Of a stretch of 64,000 nucleotides of DNA, positions 62,000 to 64,000 are shown in pieces. The notes beneath the pieces are model-generated. The model worked only from the letters and a program-made list of their open reading frames with translations. It was not told the DNA's origin and ran no database searches. Source of the stretch: Raillietiella orientalis (Eukaryota); the NCBI GenBank assembly GCA_036172245.1, contig JAYWIR010000018.1, forward strand, positions 124,001 to 188,000, given 5' to 3'. A program made the position numbers and the translations under genes. Every line of letters starts with the position of its first letter. Position 1 is the stretch's first letter.

Positions 62000-63500
62000 C
62001 TCTCCTGAGCAATCGCAGGAAGGGCTTTCAGGGGTGGCTCCGCAGACTAAATTCTGCACAGCTACCCCGATTTATGGAATTCCCTTCACTGTGGCATCCC
62101 TTGTTCCTCGACTATTCGTGAACGCGCTGAGCAGTGTGCAGCTTTTGACCAAAGGAGCCACGTCGTGAGGGTTCCAGCCGGATACAACTCGCTTGCGAAC
62201 GAGGTGACGAATTCTCTGAAGCATTCTTCTGGTGCGTTGCGCGAGGACGGATCTCGAATGAGTCTTCGTCTACGTGATGCCGCCGTGTCAATCTCTTGTA
62301 TTCTTTCGAACCGTTCCTTGTTCCCGTCACTCAACGTCTTAACAGAGTTCCGGTGCTCCTCTGACGAACTCGACTCCGGGATGTGCCGCCACAGTTGCGA
62401 CGTTCCGCGTGTTCGGTTCTTTCTTTGATGCACTTCGTGGAGCACGGGTCTCACGCTGGCCGACCCATCCACATCGGTGCGAAGGCCAGCGGTAGGCTGT
62501 AAACACAACAAGAATGGTCCCAAGAAAGGAAAGCACATGTGAAGGGCTCGGCATTGGCAGCGCTTCTTGCCGAGCGGACCACGCGCTGGCAATTCTGCGA
62601 CAGGCACTGAGATTTTCGCTAGTGAGATGGCATGTTCCCTGAGTGGATGAGCGTAGTAGGACCACCTGCCCCACCACTGCCTTTGCAAGTTTATTGCTTT
62701 CCAGTGAACGACACAGCATGACCGGGTGGCAACTCCGGAAGGCACTATGCTACGAGATTCTCCAGCCCCAAGAACTGATCTCTCTGCGCGCCTTTTCCCC
62801 TTCCCTTTCATGTTCAGCCGGAGTCCCTTGCGCGTTGCAACCACGCGACAGGACGCCCTTTCTCAGCAGTAGGACCAGCAGCACGGTCGCCGCACGGATC
62901 ACGTCCACGTCAACGGAAGACATAGGGATAGGCTCATCGGCGGGACGATGAGAGTCCCAGGCATCTAATAAGAATTTCCTTGAACCTTCTTCGATCTGCA
63001 TTTTCTCGCGTGCTGAAAGAGGGCGTCCCCTTCACGCCCGCTTCTAAAGACTGCGGGCGTGAAGGGAATCCTTTAGGCAAAGCAATTCCCCTCTCTTTAG
63101 CATGATGGTTCTCCGTTCCTTGAGTCTTTCTTCAGATCAGCAGCTCTCGTTCTTCCCTTCAGGAGTGCGGAGTAACCACGGTTTTTCTGCTTCCACTACC
63201 CATCCGACGCTCGAGTCACACATGCACATTGCGTGTCTCAGGATCCCTGGGCGACGAGGCGCTTTTGTGCCTTCCGTTTGTGTGGCAGACCCAAGCCGGA
63301 ACCTCTTCGCATCCAGCATCACTGAGCTTCGGAACCTTGCCTTCATCAGAAGGAATCTCTGCTTCCAAAAGAAACGCGTTCTGCAGGGGTGTTTTCATCG
63401 CTCTTCTAGGGAGCACCGGACCTCCATCGGAAGGAAGGAGCCCTGCGGAATGAAGGAGGAGCGTCAGAAGTAGAGCGTCTGTCTCTTGCAAGAGGCTGGA
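62000..63500 (-). mobile_element. Probable decayed LINE RT fragments
   Basis: KAINLQR near 62690 resembles A.DL.KA. Composition is GC-rich like neighbouring LINEs. Motifs are weak. Confidence 0.3.
63028..63066. repeat. Perfect 14-bp GC-rich hairpin with an 11-nt loop
   Basis: cccttcacgcccgc-ttctaaagact-gcgggcgtgaaggg. Confidence 0.95.
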
Positions 63501-64000
63501 TGATTTCTGATAGGACGCTGCCTCCCTGGCCTTTTTCCCAACTTTAAGGATAAAATAAGAAGCTTGTGTGCACGAGGTCTTCCCGCAGCTCCTTAATCTG
63601 AAAGCGGAAGAAGAAGGGGAGCGTTTTTGCTCCTGCGTTCAACGAAAGCTGACGATCCTTCACCCTCCTCCAGGCGCGGCAGCTCCTACCACAGGATCAT
63701 CCACGTGACTAATGCGTGAAGTCGGTACCCCACCTGAAGTGCGCCATGCAAAGGCGCACACGCATACACGGCGCTGCCCTTGACAGTTGCTTGCAAACGG
63801 AGCGACTGCAGACTGCAACGAAGTTGCCGCAAGTCGGGTTCCGCGCCGGCATGTATTTTTCCACAGACTCCGACAACTTGGGAAGATGCGTCGCGCAAAG
63901 CGCCGCTCACCGTGGGCGCGCGCCACTAGCGGAAGCTCCCGCCTCCATAAGTTGTCTCGTTGAATATGTGGATTTTTCCATCTAAGGGGTGGAACTCCGT

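Overview
Eukaryotic, most likely invertebrate animal, nuclear DNA: there are GT-AG introns, and a nad5 fragment reads best in the invertebrate mitochondrial code. Most of the window is a graveyard of decayed, nested and chimeric non-LTR retrotransposons (mainly L1/Tx1-like: gag-like ORF1, APE endonuclease, RT, C-terminal Zn finger). They lie mostly on the minus strand from 0.6-27 kb and on the plus strand from 27.7-50 kb. Foreign or captured DNA is embedded among them. (1) An endogenous CRESS (circular Rep-encoding ssDNA) virus at about 54.4-56.0 kb keeps an Arg-rich capsid N-terminus (minus), a stem-loop origin with an AAGTATTAT nonamer on the capsid strand, iteron-like repeats, a TATA box and a frameshifted nanovirus/alphasatellite-like Rep (plus). 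(2) An internally deleted mitochondrial nad5 NUMT. (3) An intronless ankyrin-repeat pseudogene. (4) A near-identical 1.7 kb duplication. The plus-strand LINEs share a covarying 3' RNA structure. The only apparently intact host gene is a 3-exon FBXO6/FBXO44-like F-box/FBA gene at 57833-59214. All calls come from motif reading by eye, no database searches were run, and TE boundaries are approximate.
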